Assembly: GCA_951406725.2 (NCBI GenBank)
Contig: OX597838.1
Coordinates: forward strand, 36,456,001-36,520,000
Reading direction: 5' to 3'
From: Octopus vulgaris
Lineage: Eukaryota
DNA length: 64,000 nt
The position numbers and the translations under genes are program-made. This document shows, one piece after another, positions 1-13,157 of the stretch (position 1 is the stretch's first letter; each line of letters opens with the position of its first letter). Under the pieces are notes generated by a model. The model was not told the DNA's origin. It worked only from the letters and a program-made list of their open reading frames with translations, and did no database searches.

Positions 1-64
1 AAACACACCAGCATCAGTTGTCAAGCAATGCTAGGGGGACAAACACAGACACACACACAAACAC

Positions 65-104
<40 letters not shown>

Positions 105-274
105 ATATATACGACAGGCTTCTTTCAGTTTCCGTCTACCAAATCCACTCACAAGGCATTGGTCGGCCCGGGGCTATAGCAGAAGACACTTGCCCAAGAT
201 GCCACACAGTGGCACTGAACCCGGAACCATGTTGTTGGTTAGCAAGCTACTTACCACACAGCCACTCCTGCGCC
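1..274 (-). mobile_element. tRNA-derived SINE family A, truncated by the window edge
   Basis: Reverse complement of the head GGCGCAGGAGTGGCTGTGTGGTAAGTAGCTTGCT..GGTTCCGGGTTCAGT (A/B-box-like), CORE-like CTTGGGCAAGTGTCTT and the internal (TA)/(TG) microsatellite seen in about 25 copies here. Confidence 0.85.
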
Positions 275-1169
275 TTATATATTTTTTCAAACCATGTGGT
301 TGCATCACTTTTAGAACTTAAAAGTGAATGGGGCTAAGTTGTCAAACATTTAAACCAAATTTTCTCAAAACAACTTGTTCACCCGTCCCATAGGCCTTCC
401 CCTTTGAGAAACACTTATTTAACCTAAATTTTCAGACACCAGCAAAAGAAGAAATAAAGATAGAAAAATGCATGTTCCCACGTTTTTATTGATTGCATTC
501 TCACCTGGAATCGATTTTTGTAATTTTGTCAAGACTTATACATACCCTGATACCGTCAGTATCTACATATCAAGTATGAGCGCAATCGGGTAGAGGATGC
601 CCGAGATCCGAGAAGACACACAGACAGAACGGATTTTATATAATATGTATACATATGTATATATCTGTGTGTGTCTGTGTCTTAGTGTCTTTTGTTTGTC
701 TTTTTCCCCTCCCCTGCCACTTGACAATCAGTGTTGGGTTGCTTATATCCCTGTAACTTAGCAGTTCAGCAAAAGATCCCAATTGAATAAGAACTAGACT
801 TAGAAAGCTCAAAGGTAAAAAAAAAAAAATGTTTAGTCCTTGGATCAATTTGTTTGAATACAATCCTTGAAGTTGGGGCCCCAGCATGGCCACAGTCGAA
901 AGAGTGAAACAAAAAAAAGGAATTAAAGATATATATTCAAACTCTGTTATTTAAAAAATAGAATTTCATTTAAAAAAAAAATTTGAATCAAAGATATAAA
1001 ATCAAAAATCCTAAGCAACCAAGGATTTGAACTTGGAATCAAAACAGTTTTTAATTAAAAGGATAATTTGTCTGGCATTGTAATCTTCTCACCGTTCCTC
1101 CAGTTTACCAGTCTGATGCTATCATGGTCTTATGTTTGTAAAGTAACAATACACACTTTTTCTCCTTAC

Positions 1170-1207
<38 letters not shown>

Positions 1208-1543
1208 AGATGAGAAAATGGAGAAATACATCTAAATCAAATATCAATTACCAGATAATACTCAATCACATACTTTATTAAACCACCACATAAGAGACTG
1301 TAGGGTTAAACATAAAAAAGCAGAACAAGTCAGTGTACATAAAGGAATGTACGTAAAAAAAGTGTACATAAAAGAATAATGTTGTATAATAAGTAGAATA
1401 TATATAAAAAAGAGAATATACATATAAGTAAATATAAATATAAGTATAGATTACATCTTACAGCTGTTTCGGCCATGTAGTTAAGAATGTCTCATTCTAC
1501 CAATATTAGCCTTGTATGGTAGGTCAATATAAATGAGACATTT

Positions 1544-1574
<31 letters not shown>

Positions 1575-1578
<4 letters not shown>

Positions 1579-2140
1579 GTTATCCGGAAAGTTCGTGCTG
1601 AATTTTAAAGGAAAGAAAAAGGTCAATAAATACTTGCCATTAAATTTTTAATCAACCAAATATGAACCATTTTGTTGTACAATGCGTCTCCATCTTTCCT
1701 TTTACTTGAAAATACCCTCTTTCCAGAATTGAGGGGGTTTCATGGCAACAAATTCATCAAAGTATCTTTTTACATCATCCAAGGAATCAAAATTTTTACC
1801 ATTAAGACTATTCTGCAGGGACCCGAATAAGTGGAAATCCGAAGGAGCAATACCTGGTGAATATGGAGGGTGGGGTAACACATCCCAGCCGAGCTGCAGC
1901 AACTTTTGTCTGGTTCCCAAAGCATCAAGTGCCAAAAATGAGCTTTCTTATCTTCCATTTTAAAGGGTTACAGAATTAACACAGGTTATAGGAACATAAA
2001 CCTTCTTCCACGAAAAGATAGCTTAAACTGTGCTCTAAATGGAGGTGTAGTCAAATCCTATTTTATGGACTCAACCATGTTCTAAAATAAGTCAAAAGGT
2101 AAGCTACTATAAATCGGCACAAACTTTCCGGACAACCCAA
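1575..2140 (-). mobile_element. Non-autonomous, internally deleted mariner (Tc1/mariner) element
   Basis: TIRs TTGGGTTATCCGGAAAGTTCGTGC / GCACAAACTTTCCGGACAACCCAA, with TA on both sides. The minus strand encodes a transposase N-terminus (MEDKKAHFWHLML) fused to a C-terminus with the mariner motif WDVLPHPPYSPGIAPSDFHLF. Confidence 0.95.
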
Positions 2141-2465
2141 TATATATATAAAATTCCTTACATGTCTATCTAATGTATGAAACTATGTAATTCCTATTGG
2201 CATATGAAACATGTGTAATGGTAGATAAATATCACCCACAAATTAGCGAATTCTTGTTTTGTTACATACATTCATACATTGTATATACATATTTACTTTA
2301 TATGTACATTGTATATAAAATATACATGTCCTTTTCATTGCGTTGTCAAATGGGTGTAAAGAAGGAACTTGAAAATAACCACCCAGCCTACCCGTGTTTT
2401 GCCATTCAGTCTTGCTGAGAAATACCAGCTTGCTCATTCATAAGGTAGTTATTGTATAAAGTTGC

Positions 2466-2507
<42 letters not shown>

Positions 2508-2609
2508 TATACAGATCTGTATGTGTGTAACTGTATGTATATGCACACACACACACTCTCATGTATGTGTGTGTATGTATGCATGTGTGTGTGTTTGTAA
2601 GATGATAAA

Positions 2610-2659
<50 letters not shown>

Positions 2660-3189
2660 CATAGACATATGCATATATATAAATATGTATATATGTGTAT
2701 GTATGCCTTTGTATGCATGTGTGTATATATATATATATATATATATCTGTGTGTAGGTATGTGTGTGTACATATACACACACATAGGCATACATTATATG
2801 CACATATATATATATATATATAAGTGTATGTATGTGTGTGTATATATATATATATGTGTGTGTGTGTGTCTGTGTGTGTGTGCATGTGTACATGAGTCTA
2901 TGTGTGCCCGCCTTTGTGCCTCTGTGTGAATGCAATGTATGCGTTCCTATAATGGAAAAGACACTTGTCAGAACGCGATAATCACTATCATCCTCATCAG
3001 CATCATCATCACCGCCACCCCTCACTTTCAGCATCACCCTCGCAATCACAGTAATCATCATCGTTTAATATCTACATCCACATCCTCATCAGACATGCCC
3101 ATCCATCGTTCTTATTATCACCGTCAACAAGATCATCATTCGCATCAAGAGAACCGTTGCAATTCTTCTTATGTTGCTGCTGCTGCTGC

Positions 3190-3224
<35 letters not shown>

Positions 3225-3352
3225 TTGCTGTTGTTGTTGATGATCCTGTTGTAAACATTATGGAGCATAAATAGATATTTCCTTTCACAATACAGGTTTG
3301 AACAAAAACTAAAAACCAAGTTTTTTTTCTCATTCAATCTATTCATTCTTGA

Positions 3353-3414
<62 letters not shown>

Positions 3415-3614
3415 GGGATGAAAATAAGGAACTAAAGGCAAGAATTAGTGAGAGAGAAAGAGAGAGACAGATAGCGAGCATAGGGAGTGGGGGTGGTGGT
3501 GGTGGAAGAGACCATCATGTGTTGTTAGTTTGAGCAGATTTTCAAATCTACATTTGATTAAAAACTAACTTAGAGCTTTTATACATAGCAACACAAGCCC
3601 ACAGACACACACAT

Positions 3615-3651
<37 letters not shown>

Positions 3652-3890
3652 GACATACACACATGCACACATACAGACACACACACACATACAGACACAC
3701 ACACACGCACACTTACAGACATACACACACGCACACACACAGACAATCTGACACACATACACACAGACAGTCACCCACACACACAAACATGCATGCACAT
3801 GCACACACACACACCTATTTGGTTGCATGCGTGTGCATCTGTGTGTGTGTTTGTGCGTGTATGTGTGTGTGTGTGTTTTGCTGAGAACCA

Positions 3891-3924
<34 letters not shown>

Positions 3925-3972
3925 GCACATATATTGGCACACACACACAACCACACACAGATGTATATCCAC

Positions 3973-4021
<49 letters not shown>

Positions 4022-4339
4022 ATAACAATAATATATTATATATTATGCACTCACCTATATACAGGAGTGTATGTCTTCATGTACAACTAGATAGATAGAT
4101 AGATAGCTTAACTGAGAGATAAATACATATACACACAAAATGTCTTTGTCTTTACTGTGTACCTCTCTCTCTCTCACTCTCCCCTTCTCTCTCTCTCTCT
4201 CTATATATATATATGCATATACACACATACATACATACATACATACATACACACATGAGTTTCCCTCTTGTTTTGTCTTTTCATTTTGCTTATTACATGA
4301 TATGTAAATGTGTGTGTATGTATATTCATACATACACAC

Positions 4340-4376
<37 letters not shown>

Positions 4377-4698
4377 TATATATACATATACATACATACA
4401 TATGCCTGTGCATGTGTGTATCCATTAAATATTAATTACTAATGAAATCTTTTTTCTCCCGAAAAAATGAAAAGACCAAAAATCAGTGAGAATGATGAAA
4501 ATACCCAAAAGGTAGATGAAATCAAGTCTCACACGCACATATAAACAAGACACACACACACACACACACACACATGCACAATCAAATGCAGATGCACATA
4601 CATTTGTAGAAGCATAAAAAAGTTTATTAACGAGCAATGACAGAAACAAAAACAAGAGCCACTAAATGAAAATGTATGTATACTCTTATGTATATATA

Positions 4699-4742
<44 letters not shown>

Positions 4743-5027
4743 TGTATGTATATACATATATATATACATTGTATGTATAAACTTTATATATGTATATATA
4801 TATATATGTGTGTGTGTATATATATATATATATAGATATATATACACACACTCACACACATTGTATATGTATATATTTATATAGACATATTAGTCCTATG
4901 AGAGTCACTGTTATGTGAATACTATACAAATGCTTTAAAAAAACACACGAACATGTGTATATATACATTTGATATATATTATATTCTGTATATGCATCAT
5001 ATATATATATGTGTTTGTGTATGTATG

Positions 5028-5068
<41 letters not shown>

Positions 5069-5092
5069 GTACATGCACATAAACATGTATAT

Positions 5093-5480
5093 GTGTGGTA
5101 AGTAGCTTGTTTACCAGCCACATGGTTCCGGGTTCAGTCCCACTGCATGGCACATTGGGCAAGTGTCTTCTATTATAGCCTCGGGCCGACCAAAGCCTTG
5201 TGAGTGGATTTGGTAGATGGAAACTGAAAGAAGCCTGTCGTATATATATATATGTATGTGTGTGTATATGTTTGTGTGTGTGTGTTTGTCCCCCTAGCAT
5301 TGCTTGACAACCGATGCTGATGTGTTTATGTCTCCGTTACTTAGTGGTTCGGCAAAAGAGACCGATAGAATAAGTATTGGGCTTACAAAAGAATAAGTCC
5401 CGGGGTCGAGTTACTCGATTAATGGTGGTGCTCCAGCATGGCCGCAGTCAAATGACTGAAGCAAGTAAAAGAGTAAAAGA
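5093..5480 (+). mobile_element. SINE family A copy
   Basis: Family body and the tail GGTGCTCCAGCATGGCCGCAGTCAAATGACTGAA..AAGTAAAAGAG. Confidence 0.85.
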
Positions 5481-6448
5481 GTATACGTATGCATGTACAT
5501 TGATTCATTTCAACAAATGCAAGGAGTGCTGAATTCATGTTGTAGGTCGAATAGCCATTAAGGAGGCCAGTGAGCCAGCATCCAATATATACACACCAAA
5601 TACAATCCAATGAGCAAACTCAATCACTAGACACCCCCACACTCATGGATACAAACACACACACACACACTCGCAAAAGAATATGAAGATGGCACAAATC
5701 CCAAGTTTGAACAGTTCTTGCCTGAAGATCACTGTAGCTTGAAACTCTAGTCATGAGACAAGCATTCAGTTTAAATATACATAGGTATATGGTAATTCCT
5801 TTAGGCTGGTCCAATGGTGTGTTTCTTTGGTGTCTGCATGTTATGCAGCTGCAACTTCCCAGAAGACAAGAGAGTAGTAGATAAATGCTTTTACGTATAC
5901 ATAATTTGTGTAAATAGTAGTAATATTAAGAACAATTACAATATATATAAAAAACAGAACATATCAAAAAATGCAGACCACCTGTGAATCACTAAACAAA
6001 GCATCTTGTGCTATTTAGTTGTGCACATGATTATGTATGCAAGACTTGGAAGCCCACAATATATTTGCACATGCTTCCAAATATATGCTCACTTACACAG
6101 CCATACATAGATACAGGCTTGGAAGCACACACATACACACATGCATGTGCACCCCTTCCCCACACACACACATCCTTCTGCTTAGCCACCTCTCTCACCT
6201 GCCTGTCTGCTATTATTATTATTTCAGAGGTTGGTGATATAGATAACAATTATCTAATTACTTGTGAAGATAATATTTATCTAATTACCAAGAATAACAT
6301 TCATTGCTTACATAAGCATGAGTCCTCCATGTCTATGTAGCTAAATTAGTATAATGAGTTGTAATAAAATGAAATTCTAGTATTAAAATTTACAAAGTTT
6401 GCATTCAATGAGCTCCACCCCAGCACATGACTGGTATTATATATTGTC

Positions 6449-6668
6449 GGCGAGCTGGCAGAAACATTAGCACGCCGGGTGAAATGCGTAGCCGTATTTC
6501 GTCTGCCGCTACGTTCTGTGTTCAAATTCCGCCGAGGTTGACTTTGCCTTTCATCCTTTTGGGGTCGATTAAATAAGTACCAGTTATGCACTGGGGTCGA
6601 TATAATCGACTTAATCCATTTGTTTGTCCTCCTCTCTGTGTTTAGCCCTTTGTGGTTAGTAAAGAAAT
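6449..6668 (+). mobile_element. tRNA-derived SINE family B, full length, with a 17-bp TSD
   Basis: Head GGCGAGCTGGCAGAAAC..GTTCAAATTCC; central GCCTTTCATCCTTT..GGGGTCGAT..AAGTACCAG (resembles the Meta/MESC SINE domain as I recall it); TSD TGGTATWATATATTGTC at 6432-6448 and 6669-6685. Confidence 0.85.
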
Positions 6669-6934
6669 TGGTATAATATATTGTCAATTGTGGAAGGAAG
6701 AGAAAAGTTTTTTTTAAGACAGTGGGCTGGCAGAATCATTAGCACGCCAAGTAAATTGCTTTATGCCAAGTTGTCTTCTGTCTTATATCCCGAGTTCAAA
6801 TTCTGCTGAGGCCAGTTTTGCCATCCATCCTTTCGGGATTAATAAAATAGGGACAATTGTGCATCGGGTCTCATGCAATCAACTTCCTTCTTTTTTTCCA
6901 AAATTGCTTGTCTTGTGCCTATTGTAGAAACCTC

Positions 6935-6942
6935 TATTATTA

Positions 6943-6983
<41 letters not shown>

Positions 6984-7034
6984 GTTATTATTATTTTATT
7001 TTTATTATTATTATTATTATTTTTATTATTATTA

Positions 7035-7123
<89 letters not shown>

Positions 7124-7130
7124 TTTATTA
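6935..7130. repeat. (ATT)n microsatellite
   Basis: Direct reading. Confidence 0.95.
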
Positions 7131-7668
7131 TATATAAGGCAGTGAGCTGGCAGAATCATTAGTGTGATGGATTAAATGCTTAGCGGTATTTTGCTGCTAC
7201 AATGTTCTGAGTTCAAATTCTGCTGAAGTTGACTTTGCCCTTCATCCTTTCAGGGCTGATAAATTAAGTACCAGTTACACACTGGGGTTGATATAAACCA
7301 ACTACCCTCTCCCTCCCCCCCCATAATGCATGAAGCTGGCAGAATTGTAAGCATTTCAGACAAAACGTTTAGCAACATTTCTTCCAGTTCTGTACATCCC
7401 TCATGTCAAATGATGCTGAAGTCATCTTTGCTTTCCATCGTTTTAGATAAAGTATCCAGGCTAATGAATGTACACTATGTACTATTTATTTATAGCATGC
7501 TGGTTACTAAGGTACCAGCATTCAATGAGAAAGACTATGCTACTGCTAATGAGGGCTGAATATTGAGAAGTGTCTAAAGTTATCTCCCTTCCCGGCTATG
7601 CTAGACAATAATGTTGGATAAACAGTTCCCAGTATTTAACCATGATGTGGTTTGTTTTAGTGTTTTAT

Positions 7669-7732
<64 letters not shown>

Positions 7733-7897
7733 ATATATATATATGTATGTATATATATAAATACATACACATATATACATATATACATACACACGCCCAC
7801 ATACATAATGTGTGTATATATATATATGTGTATGCATGTATGTATACATTTTTGTGTAGATGTGTAAATACATACATGCATAGATGCATACATACAT

Positions 7898-7942
<45 letters not shown>

Positions 7943-7978
7943 CACACACACACACATATATAAATATATGTATATTCA

Positions 7979-8028
<50 letters not shown>

Positions 8029-8439
8029 TATATACATATATAATGTTTAGAAATATAATCAAAATTATGTATTGGGTTCCTAGGGAAGAAATAAAGAAAT
8101 AATGATAAAAAGGGAGTGAGAGGCAGGGGGGGAAGAGTGGTGGGAGGTGGGGGGTGTTTGGCAGACGTAGAGAATGAACTCACTTTTATAGATGCGAAAT
8201 TTTTGAAAATGTAACAAAAACAACGATTACCAAATAAACATAAAGCATCGAAAAATTGTGACGACTATGATGATGATGATGATGATGATGATGATAATTT
8301 TTCGAAAAATTATTTTTGTTTTTTTTTTGTTTTTTATTTTTTTCATTTCAAACATTAGTTTGAAATATGATTGAAATAAAATTTGACTTGAACAAAGCTC
8401 ATATAAATTCAATATTGAAATCACAGGAATAAATTAATA

Positions 8440-8496
<57 letters not shown>

Positions 8497-8949
8497 ATCG
8501 AAAAGTAATGACACACATAGAAAAAAGACAAAAACAAAAACAAAAACCATTCCTTTTGCTCCTCGCCCACCCCCACCCGCCCTCTTGCGTTTGCAAAAAA
8601 ACAATAAATATATAATGGATGTATATAAAAAATAAAAATTTGTTGAGTGAAAATTTTTGAAATGTTAGAAAAAGTTGAGTTTATGGCGTTGTAAAAACTC
8701 TGCTGGAGTTCCATATTTTCATTTTTGGCCATTATTCTTTGTACATAAAACTGAGTTCAAATCATTTATTTATTGTGGTCTCTCTTTCTGTCTGTCTCTC
8801 TTTCTCTCTCCCTCTGCCACCCCCCCCCCCATCTCTCTCTCTCTCTCTCTACTCCCTTTTGTCTATATCTATCTATCTATCTGTCTATTTCTACTTACTT
8901 TTGTATGTTTATCTATTTTTCCTCTCTCTGTATTCAAGCCTATCTCTGT

Positions 8950-9540
8950 CTGTCAGATTGCCTGTCTGTCTGTCTGTTTGCCTTCCTGTTTGATTGCCTG
9001 TCTGTCTGTTTACCTGTCTGTCTGTTTGCCTGCCTGTCTGTTTGCCTGCCTGTCTGATTGCCTGTCTGTTTGCCTGTCTGTCTGTTTGCCTGTCTATTTG
9101 CCTGCCTGTCTGTTTGCCTGTCTGTCTGTTTGCCTGCCTGTCTGGTTGCCTGTCTGTCTGACTGCCTGTCTATTTGCCTGCCTGTCTGTTTGCCTGTCTG
9201 TCTGCTTGCCTGCCTGTCTGTTTGCCTGCCTGTCTGATTGCCTGTCTGTCTGATTGCCTGTCTGTTTGCCTGTCTGTCTGTTTGCCTGTCTATTTGCCTG
9301 CCTGTCTGTTTGCCTGTCTGTCTGCTTGCCTGCCTGTCTGTTTGCCTGTCTGTCTGATTGCCTGCCTGTCTGTTTGCCTGTCTGTCTGTTTACCTGTCTG
9401 ATTGCCTGCCTGTCTGATTGCCTGTCTGTCTGATTGCCTGCCTGTCTGATTGCCTGCCTGTCTGTTTGCCTGTCTGTCTGATTGCCTGCCTGTCTGTTTG
9501 CCTGTCTGTCTGTTTGCCTGTCTGTCTGTTTGCCTGTCTG
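8950..9540. repeat. Degenerate (TGTC/TGCC)n minisatellite
   Basis: About 600 bp of TGTC/TGCC/TGATT units. Confidence 0.9.
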
Positions 9541-9634
9541 TCTAGAGTCAAGGTGTGTTGCGTAGTGGTTAGGGATATTCAGTTTCCAGTTGTCTGCCTA
9601 ACCTGTCAGTCAGTCTGTCAATCAGTCTGTCTGC

Positions 9635-9700
<66 letters not shown>

Positions 9701-9879
9701 GTTCATGTCTGTCTGTCAACTGACCAATCAGCTGACCAATCAGCTGGCCTATATCCACCATCTCCTGACCACCACCACCACCACCACCACCACCACCACC
9801 ACCACCACCCTGGTAAAGCCAGAAAATGCCTTAGGTACGGTATTGTCCTTCATGCACAAAAATATTGAATGTCTATGGC

Positions 9880-10595
9880 CAGGGCTGACTTAGCAACATT
9901 ATAGACCCTTTGGCTAATCAATGCACTGACCCCTATAGTATTTATTTAATTATTGACAGCAAGCCACAACATACACAGATAAAAATTGGGCCCCAAGATC
10001 CCTGAGACCCCTTGGGCAATTCAGTGCATTGGGCCCTATAGTGTGTATTTATTGACAGTAAGCCAAAACATACACAGATAAAAATTGGGCCCCAAGATCC
10101 CTGAGATCCCTTGGGCAATTCAGTGCATTGGGCCCTATAGTGTGTATTTATTGACAGTAAGCCAAAACATGCATAGGTCAGAATTTTGTCCTTAGCCCTT
10201 GGCCCTATTGTATTTGTTTGACAGTAAGATACAAGGTACATAGATCAGAATTGGGCCCCTGAACCCACAAGACTCCCAGGAAAATCAATGCACTGAGCCC
10301 AGTAGAATTTATTTATTGACACAACATACATTGATCAAAATTAGACCCCAAGACCTGTGAGGCCCCTGGTAAAATCATTGCCCTGGGCCCTATCTTATTT
10401 ATTTATTAACAGTAAGCCACAACATACATAGGCCCCTAAACTCCTGAAGCCCCAGAGCAAATCATCACACTGGGTCCTATGCTATTTGTTTATTGACCAT
10501 AAGCCATCATATACATAAATAAGAATTGAGACCCTTGACTTGTGAGATCCCCATCCAGGCAACTGCCCATTGGGCCCCTGCTTTAAGATAGCACT
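9880..10595. repeat. Tandem array of about 7 units of 67-99 bp, derived from a dispersed element
   Basis: TTGACAG-like anchor at 9953, 10052, 10151, 10218, 10316, 10406 and 10493; single related units near 21865, 53615 and 59915. Confidence 0.85.
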
Positions 10596-10639
10596 GATAA
10601 GAGCTGTCATATCTTTGCTCATACTCTTTTTTTCTCTTT

Positions 10640-11043
10640 TTTTACTCTTTTTACTTGCTTCAGTCATTTACTGCGGCCATGCTGGAGCACCACCTTTAGT
10701 CGAGCAACTCGACCCCGGGACTTATTCTTTGTAAGCCCAGTACTTATTCTGTCGGTCTCTTTTGCTGAACCGCTAAGTGACGGGGACATAAACACACCAG
10801 CATCGGTTGTCAAGCAATGCTAGGGGGACAAACACAGACACACAAACATACATGCACATACATATATATATACATATATACGACGGGCTTCTTTCAGTTT
10901 CCATCTACCAAATCCACTCACAAGGCCTTGGTCAGCCCGAGGCTATAGTAGAAGACATTTGCCCAAGGTGCCATGCAGTGGGACTGAACCTGGAACCATG
11001 TGATTGGTAAGCAAGCTTCTTACCACACAGCCACTCCTGCGCC
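10640..11043 (-). mobile_element. SINE family A copy
   Basis: Full reverse-complement match to the family. Confidence 0.85.
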
Positions 11044-11311
11044 TAGGTCTGTCTGCTCAGTTAAACCTGATGTGGATTGAAACAGCAATCTCAACAGCTA
11101 TGACTTGTGTAGCTGAGGTTTGATGTGTCCTGGTTGACCTCAGCTACACACCACCAAGAACACGTTGTTATGCAATAAAGGTTGAAGGCAGGGACCTGGC
11201 TGCATCAGTAGCATCTCAGAGGAAATGCCCTGCAGGATTTCTTCTGACTGTTCAAATTCCACTGTGGCCAACTCTGCTTTCATCCTTTTGGGGTTATTAA
11301 CATAAAGTACC

Positions 11312-11718
11312 TATTTCTTTACTGCCCACAAGGGGCTAAACATAAAGGGGACAAACAAGGATAGACAAACGGATTAAGTCGATTACATCGACCCCAGTGC
11401 GTAACTGGTACTTATTTAATCGACCCCGAAAGGATGAAAGGCAAAGTCAACCTCGGCGGAATTTGAACTCACAATGTAGCGGCAGACGAAATACCTATTT
11501 CTTTACCACCCACAAGGGGCTAAACACAGAGAGGACAAACAAGGACAGACAAACGGTTAAGTCGATTATATCGACCCCAATGCGTAACTGGTACTTATTT
11601 AATCGACCCCGAAAGGATGAAAGGCAAAGTCGACCTCGGCAGAATTTGAACTCACAACGTAGCAGCAGACGAAATACGGCTAAGCATTTCGCGTGCTAAC
11701 ATTTCTTCCAACTCACCT
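11312..11718 (-). mobile_element. SINE family B dimer (head plus 2 bodies) inserted into an older SINE B
   Basis: TSD TTATTAACATAAAGTACC at about 11294-11311 and 11721-11738; the flanks are decayed SINE B sequence. Confidence 0.85.
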
Positions 11719-12472
11719 ATTTATTAACATAAAGTACCAGTCACACATTGGGGTCAATGTAACTGATTTGCTCCCTCCTCTAAACCAAAAAAAGAAAAAG
11801 GCCTTATACCAGAATTAGAAAGAATTATGTATCAATTAATTCCTTCAACTACAAGGACAAAGCCTGGAATGTTGGTGAAGGGGGGCAAGTCAGTTATGTT
11901 GACCCTAATATACAACTGGTACTTCATTTGTTGGACCTGAAAAAATAAAAGACAAAGGCAACCTTGGTGGGATTTGAACTCATAATGTAGAGCTAGCTAG
12001 AAGAAATGCCGTGAAGCATTTTGTCTGACATGCTAACGATTCTGCCAGCTGACAATTATGTAACGGATAATAAAAACAGCTATTAACTCTTTTGTTGGCA
12101 TATTCCTCTTTAAATACACTCACTTCATTTCAATTAATTTTGAATATAATGAAGAAATTAGCGAAATAACTTTGTCGTTATTAAGCTGTTTGGTAAACAA
12201 ATTAATGTCAAATTTTTATGAGAAATTTTAATTTAGATAGTCACGGGCTTGGTTGTGTGTTTAAGAAGCTTGCTTTCAAACCATCTGTTCTCGAGTTCAG
12301 TCCTACTGCATGACACCTTAGCTAAGTTATTTCTGTTATAGCCCTAGGCTATTGAATGTCTTGTGGCTGGATTTAGAAGATGGAAACTGAAAGATGTCTG
12401 ACATGTTTTTCTTTGCATCATGGAAATTGTTTGAATTAAGCATTAAGTGTACACTTTCTTTGATGAACATAT

Positions 12473-12908
12473 AGGCGTAGAAGTGGCTGTGTTGTAAGTA
12501 GCTTGCTTATGAACCACATGGGTCTGGGTTCAGTCCCACTACGTGGCACCATGGGCAAATGTCTTCTACTATAGCTTCGGGTCGACCAAAGCCTTGTGAG
12601 TGGATTTGGTCGACGGAAACTTAAAGAAGATCGTCGTATATATGTGTGTATATATATATGTGTGTGTGTGTATATATATATGTGTGTGTGTGTATATGTT
12701 TGTGTGTCTGTGTTTTTTCCCCCAACATCGCTTGACAACCGATGCGGGTGTGTTCACATCCCTGTAACTTAGCGGTTCGGCGAAAGAGACAGATAGAATA
12801 AGTACTATCCTTCCAAAGAATAAGTCCCTGGGGGGTCGATTTGCTCAACTAAAGGCAGCATGCTCCAGCATGGCCACAGTCAAATGACTGAAACAAGTAA
12901 AAGAGTAA
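12473..12908 (+). mobile_element. SINE family A copy
   Basis: Head, internal microsatellite and tail present. Confidence 0.85.
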
Positions 12909-13060
12909 AAAAAAAAAGAACAGTTATTATTATTATTATGGTTGTTGTTGTTGTTGTTATGGTGAGCTGCTAGAATTATTCGCATGTCGGACAAAATGAC
13001 ACTTAGCAGACTTACTCCCCACTGACTGACCGGCCGCATTCGTGCTCGATACCGAGAACT

Positions 13061-13157
13061 CCAAGCCTGTGTTCCCTTGGCTGTGGTTTTGCTAGACAGT
13101 AGATAGGGACAGTGGGAATCTCGTTGATCCGTTTATGCGCGTCACTAATTAGATGAC
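13061..13157 (-). rRNA. Dispersed 28S (LSU) rRNA fragment, non-functional
   Basis: Minus strand reads GTCATCTAATTAGTGACGCGCATAAACGGATCAACGAGATTCCCACTGTCCCTATCTACTGTCTAGCAAAACCACAGCCAAGGGAACACAGGCTTGG, matching the conserved eukaryotic 28S core just 3' of the R2 insertion site, with a few substitutions. Confidence 0.93.

Noticed and set aside
28-321. Recurrent peptide RQASFSFRLPNPLTRLWSARGYSRRHLPKVPRSGTEPGTMW in many ORFs
   Set aside because: Antisense translation of SINE A, not a gene family
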